A stretch of 64,000 nt of DNA from Bolinopsis microptera. Lineage: Eukaryota. Under the pieces are notes generated by a model, which worked only from the letters and a program-made list of their open reading frames with translations, ran no database searches and had not been told where the DNA came from. How positions within the stretch are numbered: the first letter of the stretch is position 1; every line of letters begins with the position of its first letter. Shown piece after piece: positions 32,444 through 44,566 of this stretch. Where the stretch lies: assembly GCF_026151205.1 (NCBI RefSeq), contig NC_087073.1, forward strand, positions 10,266,636 to 10,330,635. The letters are read 5' to 3'. Position numbers and translations under genes: made by a program.

Positions 32444-35325
32444 ATGGCTGAAATCCTGGATGAAGATATTCTAGCCAATATATACTCTGAAGCCAAGAAA
32501 TGCGAAGAAGATGGGTTTTTAGATGAAGCACTCTCACTTTACCAAGACGCATTCAATCTCCGAGAATCAGAGTTTTCAAAACTAGCTATTGATAGACTGT
32601 CAGATATGATAAATACTAAATTGGCTTCTAACTTTGATGCATCACTTCATCTCAAAGCATCTCCACGCTTCCAGTCTACCCCATACTCCACTCAAGTAGA
32701 TGATGTAGCTTTAAATGGACCATCTGTTTACGGTGGTTCAAGGACAACACCTGTAAGATCAGTCTTAAAGAATAAGAACTTGAACATAAGTGGTATTAGT
32801 CAGCCAAACAATATGACAATAGCAGTACAAGAAGGTGAACAATCATTTGATGCTGGCCATTACAACAACCTCATAATTGAAGCTCGCTCACTTTATAAGA
32901 ACAGCAAGCAGCTTGAGAAAGCCCTTGAAAAATACAATGAAGCTTATTCCTTACACCAAGATGCAAAATTGTACAAACGGATACTAAAAATTAACCAAGA
33001 GCTAAAATTAAAGCAGGTTCAGACATATGTTGAAACGTCAGCAAAAGAATCAGAATCTGATAAGGAGGACCTGATCGATCAATATAACAACCTTGTTATC
33101 AATGCTAAAGCTTGCTTAGAATCTGACAGAGCAGATGAAGCTCTTCGACTATATCAAGAGGCTTACAAGGTTGACCCTTCTGAAAAACTTCTTCAAAAGA
33201 TAACTAAATTAGAAGAGGAATTAGCTCCGGCTGATAACAGCACTAGTGTAGACGTCGAGCAATACAACAATCTTATCAAGGAAGCAAAAGCAAAGCTGAA
33301 GGAGGAAGACTATGAAGGTGCCCTTTTGAAGTATGAAAATGCAAATGAGATTAATCCTACGGAGAAGCTGCAAAAGAGAATAGACAAGATCAAAGACTTC
33401 ATTGAAAATGATGATGAAGAAGATGATGATGATGATAATTATGAGCAGGTCACTCCAACAAATGATCCTTATCCATCAAACGATCAAGATTTGAATAAGT
33501 CTGTTGTTAAATCTGAGGTTGATGAACATTGCAATAGCTTGGTTAAGAATGCTCAAATTTGGGAGGGGAAAGATATGTTGAGTGAAGCATTAGATGCATA
33601 CAGAGAAGCTCAAAATTTAAAGCCCTGTCCTTATTTTGTTCAGAAGATCAACGATTTAGAAAAGAAGCTTGTTATCAATGATAACAATGAAAATGATGAT
33701 GAATCTGAGCTAAATGTTGAACATTATAATCAGCTCATTATCCAAGGAAGGGAGCATCTTAATGATGGCAATTTGTCAAAAGCTTTAGAAGCTTACAATG
33801 AGGCGCATAATCTGAATCCCTCTGAAAAGCTTTCAAAGAGGATCACAAAAATCGAACAAAAGTTGTCTGCTGAATTAGAAAAGGAGGATGAAGAACCGGA
33901 GATAGATGATGAAATCAGGGATTATTATGAAGCTACCATTGCAGACGCCAAGAACAAGGAAGACAAACTTCTGTACGATGAGGCAATCGCTCTTTATGAA
34001 GAAGCTCATGAACTGATTCCAAGTGACAACATCTCCCAAAAAATTGCTAGTTTGGAATTTAAAAGGGACTCCGAAAGAGATCCTCAAGATCACAAGCCAT
34101 CTTCAGTACAGAGCCTCAATGATCTATCGGCTGATGACAAAGCAAAGTACAATGAGTTGATAGTCAAAGGGAAATATGCTCAGAAAGAGTCAAAAATTGA
34201 AAAGGCTCTCAGTTATTACAAAAAGGCTGCTCAAATTTATAAGAATGAGAAACTGGGTACTAGAATACAGAAACTGGAAACGTTTTTGAAAGAGGAAGCT
34301 GAGAACGAAAATCTCTACACGGATATTGGTGATGGCCTTTTCCTTACAAATGATATCCACGACAAATTGTATCAATACCAGAGGGAAGGTGTGAAATGGA
34401 TGTGGGAGCTTTATCGAGCTGAGCATGGTGGCATTCTTGGAGATGATATGGGTCTTGGTAAAACGATTCAAACAATAGCTTACTTGCAAGCCCTGTTTCT
34501 GATGGAGGAAATTTCGACAGCCATGCTGTGTATGCCTCTGTCACTTATCAATAACTGGCAGGTAGAATTCAAAAAATGGGCTCCAGAAATCCGTGTTGAA
34601 TTGTTTCATGGCTCAAAGAATGAAAGAGAAAGAAATGTTAAGAAAGTCATCAAAAGAGGGGGTGTTATCTTGACGACTTACGGGATTATCGAGAAAAATG
34701 TAGAGTTCTTGGTTAACACCTCGTTCAAGTGGGACTATCTTGTGCTGGATGAGGGTCACAAAATCAAAAATCCCACCAAAACCAGTAAAGCTATGAGAAA
34801 TGTGCCGTGTAATCATAGGCTCCTTATTTCTGGTACACCTATTCAGAATAATTTAAAAGAACTTTGGGCTTTGTTCGACTTCGTGTCCAGAGGTAAACTT
34901 TTGGGAACCATGACAACTTTTAAGATGAACTATATAACACCTATCGAAAGAGGTAGAGAAAAAGATGCCTCCAAAGGGGAAGCTAAACTTGGAGCTAAAC
35001 TTGCAGAAAATCTCAGAAAGGTGATTGACCCCTATTTCTTGCGTCGGACAAAGGCTGAAATCAAGAAAAACGGCAATGATGCCTCCAGCGGAGTAAGCAA
35101 GCTTGGAAAAAAGAACGAGCTGTGTGTCTGGCTCCAGCTGTCAAATGTGCAACTCAACCTCTACAAAGCTTTTTTGACTCTCGATTCAGTTCGGGATGCA
35201 ATGAACTCTTCTAAATCCCCACTCGCTGCACTTACTGTTTTAAAGAAGATATGTGATCATCCCAGACTTGCTACCAAGTTTGAGGCTCTACGAGAAGTTA
35301 TGGATGCAGAAAGTATGAGCATGAA
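32444..35325 (+). CDS. ERCC6L: ERCC6L/PICH-like SNF2-family DNA translocase, coding exon 1. N-terminal TPR-like repeat array plus SNF2 ATPase N-lobe.
   Basis: ATG at 32444, with the splice acceptor tttgttttag just upstream at 32423-32432. Seven or eight ~50-aa repeats of the form [HQ]YNNLIxxA...AL..Y.EA..L.PSEKL.KRI.KIE, then a DEGH-box helicase region: LYQYQREGVKWMWELY...GGILGDDMGLGKT...LVLDEGHKIKN...LLISGTPIQNNLKELWALFDF. Donor ATGAA|GTAAGT. Confidence 0.8.
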
Positions 35326-35442
35326 GTAAGTTTTAAAAGTTAGAGAAAGGAAATTAGTCTAGTTGTGTTGTACTTTCTTGTGACTTTGACTTTCGAGTTA
35401 ATACTCGTGATGTTAATAAATCTGTTAACTCAATTATTTCAG

Positions 35443-35641
35443 ACCTGAGGATCATCAGAAACTCCTTTCAACAGTTGAGCTTCCTAAAGATCCAACGGAT
35501 GACATTCTTCAAAGAGAAAGCTGTAAACTAGAGTTTGCTCTAGGATTGCTGGATCTTCTGGCTGCAGATGGACATAGAACACTTTTATTTTCAACCTCTC
35601 TCAAGATCCTGAATTATATCCAGTCGATGATAGCTGACAAG
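35443..35641 (+). CDS. ERCC6L: ERCC6L-like exon 2
   Basis: Acceptor ttatttcag. (K)PEDHQKLLSTVELPKDPTDDILQRESCKLEFALGLLDLLAADGHRTLLFSTSLKILNYIQSMIADK. Donor AAG|GTATTA. Confidence 0.7.
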
Positions 35642-35796
35642 GTATTAAATAATAGATAAATATCTTCACATGTAAATTCTAACGTTTTGCTTTTCGAATA
35701 AATTCATTTCACGTCCGTTCAATTAGATATTTATCGAATTTTCAGTTCGTCATTACTTATTATACCGTAATATTCCTCTTATATATTTAACTGCAG

Positions 35797-35959
35797 GGTA
35801 TGCAATATTTGCGGATAGATGGTTCCATCAACAAGCCAGGTGACAGACAGGCAATAATCGACTCATTCAACACTGACATGAGATACACTGTTTTATTACT
35901 GACAACTCAAGTTGGAGGTGTTGGGCTCAACCTTACCTCCGCTGATAGGGTTATCATCT
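35797..35959 (+). CDS. ERCC6L: ERCC6L-like exon 3, helicase C-terminal domain
   Basis: Acceptor taactgcag. GMQYLRIDGSINKPGDRQAIIDSFNTDMRYTVLLLTTQVGGVGLNLTSADRVII. Donor T|GTAAGT. Confidence 0.7.
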
Positions 35960-36185
35960 GTAAGTTATTGTCATTTCTGTCGTCCTTTTTGTAAGTTTGG
36001 GTGTTGTGTGATCGCTTTTAGCAGCATTCTTTCGAAATTGAACGGTAAATTATCACTGAAACTGTAGGAAACTCAAGCAATGGGACGATGTTTGACTGCC
36101 ATTCTGTACTTAATGATAAAGCTAATATTTACTGTGTACTATAACAGCTGCTCTTACATAAAACTAACTGATATAACGTTTGCAG

Positions 36186-36375
36186 ATGATCCTAGCTGGA
36201 ATCCAGCTACTGATGCCCAGGCTGTAGACAGGTCTTATAGGATAGGACAAACAAAACCAGTCATTGTCTACAGGCTTCTTACCAGTGGAACTATCGAGGA
36301 GAAAATTTACAGGAAACAAGTGTTTAAAAACAGCATCACCCGGCAGGCCACTGGAGAATCATTAGATCCAATCAG
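36186..36375 (+). CDS. ERCC6L: ERCC6L-like exon 4, SNF2 motifs V-VI
   Basis: Acceptor gtttgcag. (Y)[62 protein letters not shown]. Donor AG|GTATGC. Confidence 0.75.
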
Positions 36376-36565
36376 GTATGCTACTTGTCACCTCAATTCA
36401 AAAATGTTGTTTTTAAGAGCAGGGAACAGGCTTTAGTTTCTAAGAAGGCCTTCCAACCCCCTTATAAGATTTTCCAAGCTTTTAAACTTGGTGTCCAATA
36501 TACTTTTGCCAGTAAATGTTATTCAAGGGATTGTATACAATAACAATTAATTTTAAAACGTGCAG

Positions 36566-36714
36566 GTACTTTACGAACCAAGAGATCTCACAGTTATTTG
36601 AGCTGGGGAACACTTCGGTGAGTGAAACCTGTACTCAACTTGAGGAACTGCACGGAGCTGCCAGGAATCATTCTGACCAAGTTAAGAGTGACTTGAAGGC
36701 TATCGAGGAAATGG
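36566..36714 (+). CDS. ERCC6L: ERCC6L-like exon 5. The 3' end is uncertain; an alternative donor GTGAGT lies at 36619.
   Basis: Acceptor acgtgcag. (R)YFTNQEISQLFELGNTSVSETCTQLEELHGAARNHSDQVKSDLKAIEEM. Donor G|GTAAGT. Confidence 0.55.
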
Positions 36715-36867
36715 GTAAGTTCGTCCACTGAAATCTAACTATCCTACATTAGTGAGTTTCAATGAGTCAAGGCATAAACTAGTTGGTTTAAAAAAAGTTT
36801 AACAACATTCCCAATTAAACAGCTTAATTTGGTTATAGTTTTAAGTTTTAACGTATTGTTTTGCTAG

Positions 36868-36959
36868 GTGCCATTGCCTGCAGTGACCATGATTTACTCT
36901 TTTCACATGAGGAAGTAGTGGAAAATACTCCCGAGGAGCGCCAGTTCGTAGAGGACAGG
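36868..36959 (+). CDS. ERCC6L: ERCC6L-like exon 6
   Basis: Acceptor ttttgctag. (G)AIACSDHDLLFSHEEVVENTPEERQFVEDR. Donor AGG|GTAAGA. Confidence 0.55.
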
Positions 36960-37980
36960 GTAAGATCCCTTCTGTTTAATACGGTCAGAATTAGTTGTTC
37001 AAACTTACCGCCCCCTATAAAATGTATCTCAGATCAATAAAAATTTGTGTCATCAGACTTGAACTCTTTTGAAGGATCAACAAGAATTGTTCTTGAACTG
37101 TCACAATAACACTTGAACTGTCACAATAACACTGTCACAATAACACTGTCAAAATCACTGCATTATGTAGCGCGCGAACGCCTAACCTCTTAATTGTTGA
37201 TTCGCGCGAAATTCAAAATCTTAAATTTATTTAAATTATTAGCTCATCGCATCGCGCGCGTCGACCTTATCACATGTTAATATGATATATGATATAATTA
37301 CGTTATGACTTTATGAGTTCAGCCATACATGTCATGTCGGTTGTGATTTGTGAAAATAGGAAACACCTGGATAAGAATAGGATCACATCGAATCACCAAG
37401 TGTATAATGACTGATGAGTCACGACTCCAGCTAGTTTTTCTAGCTTCAGGGGAGGTACAGCTTTTCAGAAGGACGATTTCTGCGATTTCAATCAGATAGG
37501 ATATCTCGGATTTTATCAATCCTTACGCCGATCCGGCTCCCCTGACCCCTAGGATACAGCTGAGCGGCGATAGGATGTGTAAGTTCCGAGAGGCGATAGG
37601 ATTCGCTCTCGGACCCGATAGGAAACGTAAAACCTATCGGATCCGAGCGCTAATCCTAGCGGAGAAATGATTTAACGATTCTGGTCATGCTGTACAGCAT
37701 GACCAGATGGCGAACTCACCTGCTTGCCAAATTGCTTTAATTGTGGTCTGAAGTAAGTACTGGGTTCCTGGATAGGGTTCTCAGTATGGTCGCAGGCTCT
37801 AATCTCATTCGACAGCAGGCTACTGTAACTGATCAAAACGAAAGTCTAGAGAACACCTGAACGTTGCCGCGATTTTCACGAAGTTGTCACACACTGTTTA
37901 AATCACTCGATTACCGTGTATGATAAATTAATTACAGGTATCCGATACAGTTCGACTCCATTTAATGGATGTATTTGCAG

Positions 37981-39187
37981 GTACAACAAGCGAAAAGGCA
38001 CATGGCTGCTGAAGCAGCGGCAGCTGGACCAGTTCCGTTCCCTAACTACACAGCCCCTAATCGCAACACACACAACCCTAACCCAGGAGCTACTGCTGTG
38101 CCACTAGGTGGGGGAATGAGAGCACCTTGGGAGCCTACTAGAGGGCACAGTATGTGGAATAATAAGGAGGCGGAAGTTGAGGCTGTTCGTAAAGATATCG
38201 AGAGGGTCGAGATAAGAGCTAGAGAGTCTCCTTATTTCAAAGAATCGGAGGGCAGGACAGCAGAGGTCATAACAATTGACGATGATGATGATGAAAACGA
38301 AGTTCAAGTCAAGGAGACTAAAGAAGCGAAGAAACTTTCATTGACTGATTACAAAAACAGACAGATGAAGATATTCGATTATGTCGACAGTCCGACCCAA
38401 GAATCTCGTGAAATCCCAAGTAGTCCTACCTTCAAAAGCCCAAGTAGTCCTACCTTCAAAAGCCCAAGTAGTCCTACCTTCAAAAGCCCGGTCAGGCCAA
38501 GAAGGTCCATCAAGAAGAACGTGGTTACACCTAGGAAATCGCTCAGTAATCCAGTGGGTCAGATAATCGCTAACCATATCCAGAACACTCCTAAAAAGAA
38601 GTCTGCATATAGTGACGATGAAGTTGAAGATGATCTGGAGAATTCCAGGTATGACAACCTGAACAAGCCGCCTTGTTTGGACGATTCTGAAGATGAGGAT
38701 GATTATTATGATGGTCAAGAAGAGCAAGAAGCAGATGAAGAACACGAACAAGAATCCAAAGAGGAGCAAGCGGCCGATGTTGATGACGATGAAGAATATG
38801 ACGAAGAGGAAGAAGAGGAAGAAGAGGATGAAGAGGAAGAAGTCGTAGAAGTCGTAGAAGTGGAAGAAAAGGTTGATGATCTAGAAGGCTTAGTCAAGAG
38901 CTTAAAGTTCAACTCGCCTCACAGCTCGGATCAGCCAGCTAATCAGCAAATTGAAAAGACTACGGAGATCAATCGGAGACCACCCTTGGAGCCCAAAAAC
39001 CTCTTAACTGAGAAACTCAAAACACAGGCCACAGAATCTGAAGTTAGAACTCCAAACCTTCATCAACTTGACCCTCGGCAACAAGATCAGTCCAAGTCAC
39101 AGCCGAGAAAAGAGGAAAAGTCAAAAAGAAGTTCAAAAGTCGACAAAGAGAACAAACAACCGGCCTCATCTAAATCCTCCAACTCAG
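37981..39187 (+). CDS. ERCC6L: ERCC6L-like large C-terminal exon: low-complexity acidic region, three tandem SSPTFKSP motifs, K/S-rich tail. The 3' boundary is tentative; the ORF runs to 39315.
   Basis: Acceptor tatttgcag at 37980, in frame with exon 6. Long ORF 37969-39315 with D/E-rich stretches (DDDDENEV, EEEEEEEDEEEEVVEVVEVEE). Candidate donor CAG|GTTTTT at 39187. Confidence 0.5.
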
Positions 39188-39332
39188 GTTTTTACAGGCT
39201 ACAGAGTTTTATATCTTCAGTTTGTTTTACAGAACAAAGGTCAGCTACCTTTATCTTGAACTTCAATTACAATTTAAAATTTAAGAACCTAAAATTCTGT
39301 ACTACATTTGAATAATTTCATTTTCAATTCAG

Positions 39333-39453
39333 TGAACTGTACGTGCGGCCGTTTACAAGCTGCGTTGGCAAAAGGATACAAAGTGACGAAATGCAAATGT
39401 ATGTGCAGTCCTACTGAGGACGAAAAATACAATCGATATCTTGAACGTGGACT
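39333..39453 (+). CDS. ERCC6L: ERCC6L-like penultimate exon (Cys-rich). Tentative.
   Basis: Acceptor ttttcaattcag. (V)NCTCGRLQAALAKGYKVTKCKCMCSPTEDEKYNRYLERG. Donor CT|GTAAGT. The phase is compatible with the 39187 donor. Confidence 0.35.
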
Positions 39454-39625
39454 GTAAGTTTATCGAAATTGATTTGGAATAAAAGTATTTTGGAATACTT
39501 TAAACTTAAACTTTATGACTTATACTCAGAATCAATAATTCAATTTATCTTTCAACATATTAAAATCAAGCTGCACAGTTAAACGCTACCTTCGTTTGCA
39601 AAATAACGTTATCAAAATAATTTCA

Positions 39626-39790
39626 GATATTTTATCAGTAATTTTATATCGAAAAACACCAGGGAACATCAGAAAGCCGGTAACGCAGGAAAAGCTCTAC
39701 AGTATTACAAAGCAGCTCTTCAGTACAGAAATGATGATACCATTGTGCAAAAGGCGTATCTCACACTTAAAAAGCAGCTGAAGAGCTAGT
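39626..39790 (+). CDS. ERCC6L: ERCC6L-like terminal exon encoding a C-terminal TPR, as in PICH. Tentative.
   Basis: Acceptor aataatttcag. (L)YFISNFISKNTREHQKAGNAGKALQYYKAALQYRNDDTIVQKAYLTLKKQLKS, then TAG at 39788-39790. Confidence 0.4.
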
Positions 39791-40789
39791 GAGTGGTAAC
39801 TGGAACGAACTCTAATTCAGGAAAAATTCAAACTGAAGCTACAGTCGTGGCGACTTTCGGATGAACATAAAAGAGAATTGTGAAGGAGATGTGTTTGAAT
39901 CCTTTAGTTTTAATACATCGAGGAAAAATCGTAAGGAAGTAATGTCTGCTTTGAACTGTTACTCATTTGAGCTAAATTGAAAGATTGTTATTTATTTTAT
40001 GTTAGCTAATGAAGCACAAAAAGACCGAATATATACTAGATTTCAAAACAACTAAACATCACGCCAAGATTAATCAGTCCTCTTCGTTAACATTAGTTAA
40101 TATTAATGGTGGCAGCTTTATCCTGCTTACTCTCACCGTGCTAGTAGACCTTGCATTCTCTGTAATGAGTTGTTTTTAAAATTGAATTTCTTAATGGACA
40201 AACGTTATTTTAAGTACTTAGTCTTGAAGCCAAAGTGGTTGGCTGGAATTTAGTCTTTTATCTGAAATAATTCTGTATCTTATGTATTTGATCAAAATGT
40301 GAATTTTAGCTAATTTTGTTAACACCTTACGTAATGGCATGCCTTCGTCCTCATGTTGAACATTTTCTCCCTTCCTGTAATAAAACCCAATGAAACCATT
40401 CATCAACCTATAATTTGGGTGGCTTCAAACAAAAGGAGTAAGAAAATTGATAGTCAAGGTACCACAACTTGTAGACTTTGGAAGTGAACGTATCTTAGCA
40501 AGACGATAGTATGCTATTATTCCTGCTGTCACTTACTCAGTTTCGCTGGGAAAGTTAAGTAGACGGATTATAACAGATTCCCGGCTTGTTTGATCATCGA
40601 ACCAAGATGAGTCTGCTTTTCTTGACATTACTTTTCTTTTTCTTTGTCCGAATAGCTCGTAACTTTCATCCTTCGGACAATCAGAAATTAGTTTTATTAA
40701 ACCATGCACTAACGGAAAAATTAAAAATACATCTTCTCAGTTCTATACTATAGATAAGCATGATTGTTTTCTGAGCTTACTTCAGACAT

Positions 40790-41285
40790 AGATATAGGAG
40801 GGAGCGACACGTAGTCTCCATCAACTCTCTGCCGGTTCAGTCTGTGCAGCTGTCTTGTCAGTTTCCCTTCCGTCCTCTTCAGCTCCTTCTCCTGCTGCCT
40901 CAACAACGTCATGTTCCCTTCATGCTCCTGAGAAGTGAGAGTGATCAGTCTCAAATAAAGGAATAACCGCAGTTTGGTATTTATCCAAGAAATTATTCAT
41001 TTTATCTATGAACAAAATGGAGACAGTCACTTCGCTAGTCTTCTCCATCAGGAACAGTTAAAACATTTTAAGCCTTTGTCGCCATAAAGAACTCATAGAA
41101 TCAAGCAGCAATATCAAACACGTAATGCCGGAGCCTGAATTATTTATTCCGAAAGGAAAATACGACGAGCTACCTTCTCGATTCCGAGAATATATTTAGA
41201 AAGTTTTCTCTCCTGGTACTCGTTCTGTTTCTTGGCACTGTCCTCCAGCCTGTGACTTCGCTCCTTTATCGCCTTCAGGTTACAA
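40790..41285 (-). CDS. Possible coiled-coil protein exons on the minus strand, of unknown identity
   Basis: Minus ORF 40748-40954 reads LLRQQEKELKRTEGKLTRQLHRLNRQ. The segment 41190-41285 reads RLQDRCNLKAIKERSHRLEDSAKKQNEYQE on the minus strand. Confidence 0.2.
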
Positions 41286-43334
41286 CGGTCCTGAAGTCGA
41301 GAATTGAATATCAGCTAACTTCACCTATCATTGATTCCTAACTTCCTGTTGATTGGAGAGCGAACTTATTTACATAGTGCTGTTTCCTGACAGTGTATTC
41401 TAGTGGGAGGTGAAGCATATTTTTGGCACGTGCAGTGATCTGGGGGACGGGGTTTGACTGGTCAATAGTGGTAGATGATTGGTTTATTGCTGTCACGTGT
41501 CAAAACGATATACCTGACCTCCCCACCATGCATCAGAATCCACGTCTATATTTAATCAAAGCAAAATATTTTTCCAGTTAATCAAATCAAAACATGAAAA
41601 AAGAAGTGTAACAAAAAGATTAAATTATGACATTACTGGCCCCATAACAACTGTGCGAACAATTTAAAGAACTTGTAAACTTGTGTTACTTGTCATGGTG
41701 CATCAAACACCACCACCCCGGTTCAGTACGGATTTAATGGGGGATGCGGGGAGTAATACTGGACCATGTTATGTGAACTGTGGTCTGCACTCATATTAGT
41801 GTGGTGGAAGACATCACATCGTATTTGTTTTGATAATGATACTGAAACAGTTGGGGGGGGGGGGGGGGGGGCGTCCAACCCGATTTCCGATATGAGGGTT
41901 GATGAGGCCAAAATCGGAATCGGAAAAATAGGAAAATTGAGAAATTTACTGAATCGATCTCTAAAACCTCTCAGAAGTGATATAATTTAACCAGAACCCC
42001 TACATATGCTATGTATGCTATATGAAAACGAACCAATTGTACATTCCAATAGTATGTTTTATGTGTATTCCCATTTCCCACTGCATGCATGATGCAGGGG
42101 CTAGTATGCTCACTACTAGTTGGAGTTATCATGTACTCCCAGACCCGAGTGCTTTGGTCTCTTGTGAGATCGATTGTTTCTGCTCATTGATTCTATCCCT
42201 GTTACTTGTTATTATGTATTAGTAGTAGTACAACACTGGGTACCGGGTTATATTTTGTGGTCCGGTCTTTAAACATACCATAATATCACTATACTTAGTA
42301 TACTGCACCTTAAGGCCACAGGGGGGGGGGGGGGGTCGAGGCCTCAAAAAATGCAAAAAAATATTATGCTTTGAATTAATATATATTTTTGTGGCGGATA
42401 CTTTGCCACCACTCATTTGTCTGTAGCTATTTTACTTTTTTTAATAAATGAGGTTAACCAATTCTTCCGAAATTGGCTATGCAATATTGAGGGTAACGAA
42501 ATTGATGCCTAGAATTGATTTCATGCCAAGATATTTTGTTGTTTCGATCAACAAATAATGAATCCTAATTCTGTTTCGCAATTGGTTGAAAATGAAGGAC
42601 CCAAAGTGGGTAAAAACGAGGTTAACCTCTTATTTCATTGATATCGAGAAGGACTGAGATGAAAGTTATCATCATTCATAAAGTAAGTTCAGTGCATTTT
42701 AATTTCAAAACGTATCTCGTACTAATGTATTACTTCAAATCTACAGAAAATCTAAAAAATGAGGTTAACCAGGTAAATTGTGACCACTATAAAACATACA
42801 TAATTGTCTAATTTTTAATCGAACTCAAGACATTAGTAAGTTATATATTTGCTGGGAAGATTGATCACGAGAAAAATATGATTTGAAACAACTATTCCTT
42901 GCAAGCAATATTGACCATTAACATACGATAAAATGAGGTTAACCAACTTATTTCAATTTGTAATACAGCAACTTTAATGGAACCTTAATAGCGGTTAACC
43001 TCACATTTGAATATCAGTTAACCTCAAATTTGCATCATTAATATGCAGTACTTGCAGGAAATGGTGTTTCAGGGATTTAATCTCCTTAAGTGTATCAAAA
43101 ACTACAGTATATAACATATGGAACTACAAATACAAGCCATACCATGTGTTTAGTGACTAAAGTTAACCTCATTTTTTTGATGAATCGATGATGGAGGGCA
43201 GAAATATTGATGCCATTACAACTGAAAACTACTATTAGTTTTGTTTTTATAGTTTTTGTGTTATATCAGCAGTTAAACTTTGAGAAATATACAAATAAAG
43301 GCAAAATACTCAAAAATCACAAAACATAAAAAAC

Positions 43335-44566
43335 TAGGCTATCCATTATCGGTATGAAATCTTTTATCTAGATAAACAGATAAAGATTTAGGTTTTATCT
43401 AGATAAAACCGATAAAACCGATAATTTTTCTGCTGAAGGCCAAAGCCTAAATGTTTTCCAAATTTCGCAAAAACTAATTGTCGACTTTTATTACTGTTTA
43501 CCAGTAATCTTGCTAAAGTACCACTTCCTTTCTTTTGAAAATATTAGAGCATCAGTTTTCTTCTCCGGGGAGCAGAAGTGCACCAGTTTTCTTCAAAACA
43601 GTAGACCAACGGTTTTCTTCGCCTAAGAACAGTAGTGTACTACCAGTTCTCTTCAAAACAGTAGACCAACGGTTTCTTCTCCTGAGAACAGTAGTGCACC
43701 AGTTCTCTTCAAAACAGTAGACCATGAACGGTTTCCTTCTCCTGAGAACAGTAGTGCACCAGTTCTCTTCAAAACAGTAGACCAAGGGTTTCCTTCTCCT
43801 GAGAACAGTAGTGCACCTGTTCTCTTCAAAACATTATCTGACCAAGGGTTTCCTTCTCCTGAGAACAGTAGTGTACTACCAGTTCTCTTCAAAACAGTAG
43901 ACCAACGGTTCTCTTCTCCTAAGAACAGTAGTGCACCAGTTCTCTTCAAAACAGTAGACCATGAACGGTTTCCTTCTCCTGAGAACAGTAGTGCACCAAA
44001 TACCAATTCTCCTCGAAACAGTAAAGCATTTAAAGTGATTCAGTGAACCGTTTTCTTATCCTGTTGATAACTTGGAGCAACAGATTCCTACTCCTGAAGA
44101 CAATGTTTCACGCCCAGAACACTTACGGAATTCAATTGAGTGCCCTGCCGGTATTTTTGACTCTCGTTAACAGTAACATGCTCGTTCCCGTCTCCAGAAT
44201 GATTATAAGGTAAAACGCCAGCACTCTCAAGAGAACAATGTCAATAACCTTCTCTGGATTTCAACAGTTCATACAGTTCTACAGTTCCAAAGGTATACAA
44301 ATGTAAATAAACCTCTTAAGCTCACATCTAAGTAAACTACCTCTTCTATCATACTAGAAGACGTTTGGGACTGTTTCTTGGATTACTTAGGAAGGCAAAA
44401 ACACTGATATTTCTTTACAATTTTACGGTATTGTGGAAGTATTTTCGGTAATATCTAGTGAATTTTTATACCGATAACAATATGTTTTATCTAGATAAAC
44501 AGATAACTTTTTTTAACGAATTATCGGATATAATTATCGGTTACGATTATCGGAGTGGATAGCCTA
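43335..44566. mobile_element. hAT-like MITE with an 8-bp TSD, nested in D. Element E.
   Basis: TIR TAGGCTATCCATTATCGG ... CCGATAATCGTAACCGATAATTATATCCGATAA...GGATAGCCTA. Subterminal TTTATCTAGATAAACAGATAA occurs in both arms. Perfect 8-bp direct repeat TAAAAAAC at 43327-43334 and 44567-44574. Confidence 0.65.
43535..44010. repeat. Minisatellite, ~56-bp unit x ~8, inside element E
   Basis: Unit agttctcttcaaaacagtagaccaacggtttcttctcctgagaacagtagtgcacc. The ORFs 43552-43785 and 43653-44006 are artefacts of this array. Confidence 0.9.

Noticed and set aside
38338-38912. Antisense ORFs (143 aa, and 65 aa poly-Ser) opposite the ERCC6L-like acidic exon
   Set aside because: They are mirror ORFs of a low-complexity GAA/GAT-rich coding region on the + strand. 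The sense strand has the supported gene model.
43552-44006. ORFs 43552-43785 and 43653-44006 with repetitive protein sequence
   Set aside because: They lie entirely within the 56-bp minisatellite inside element E.
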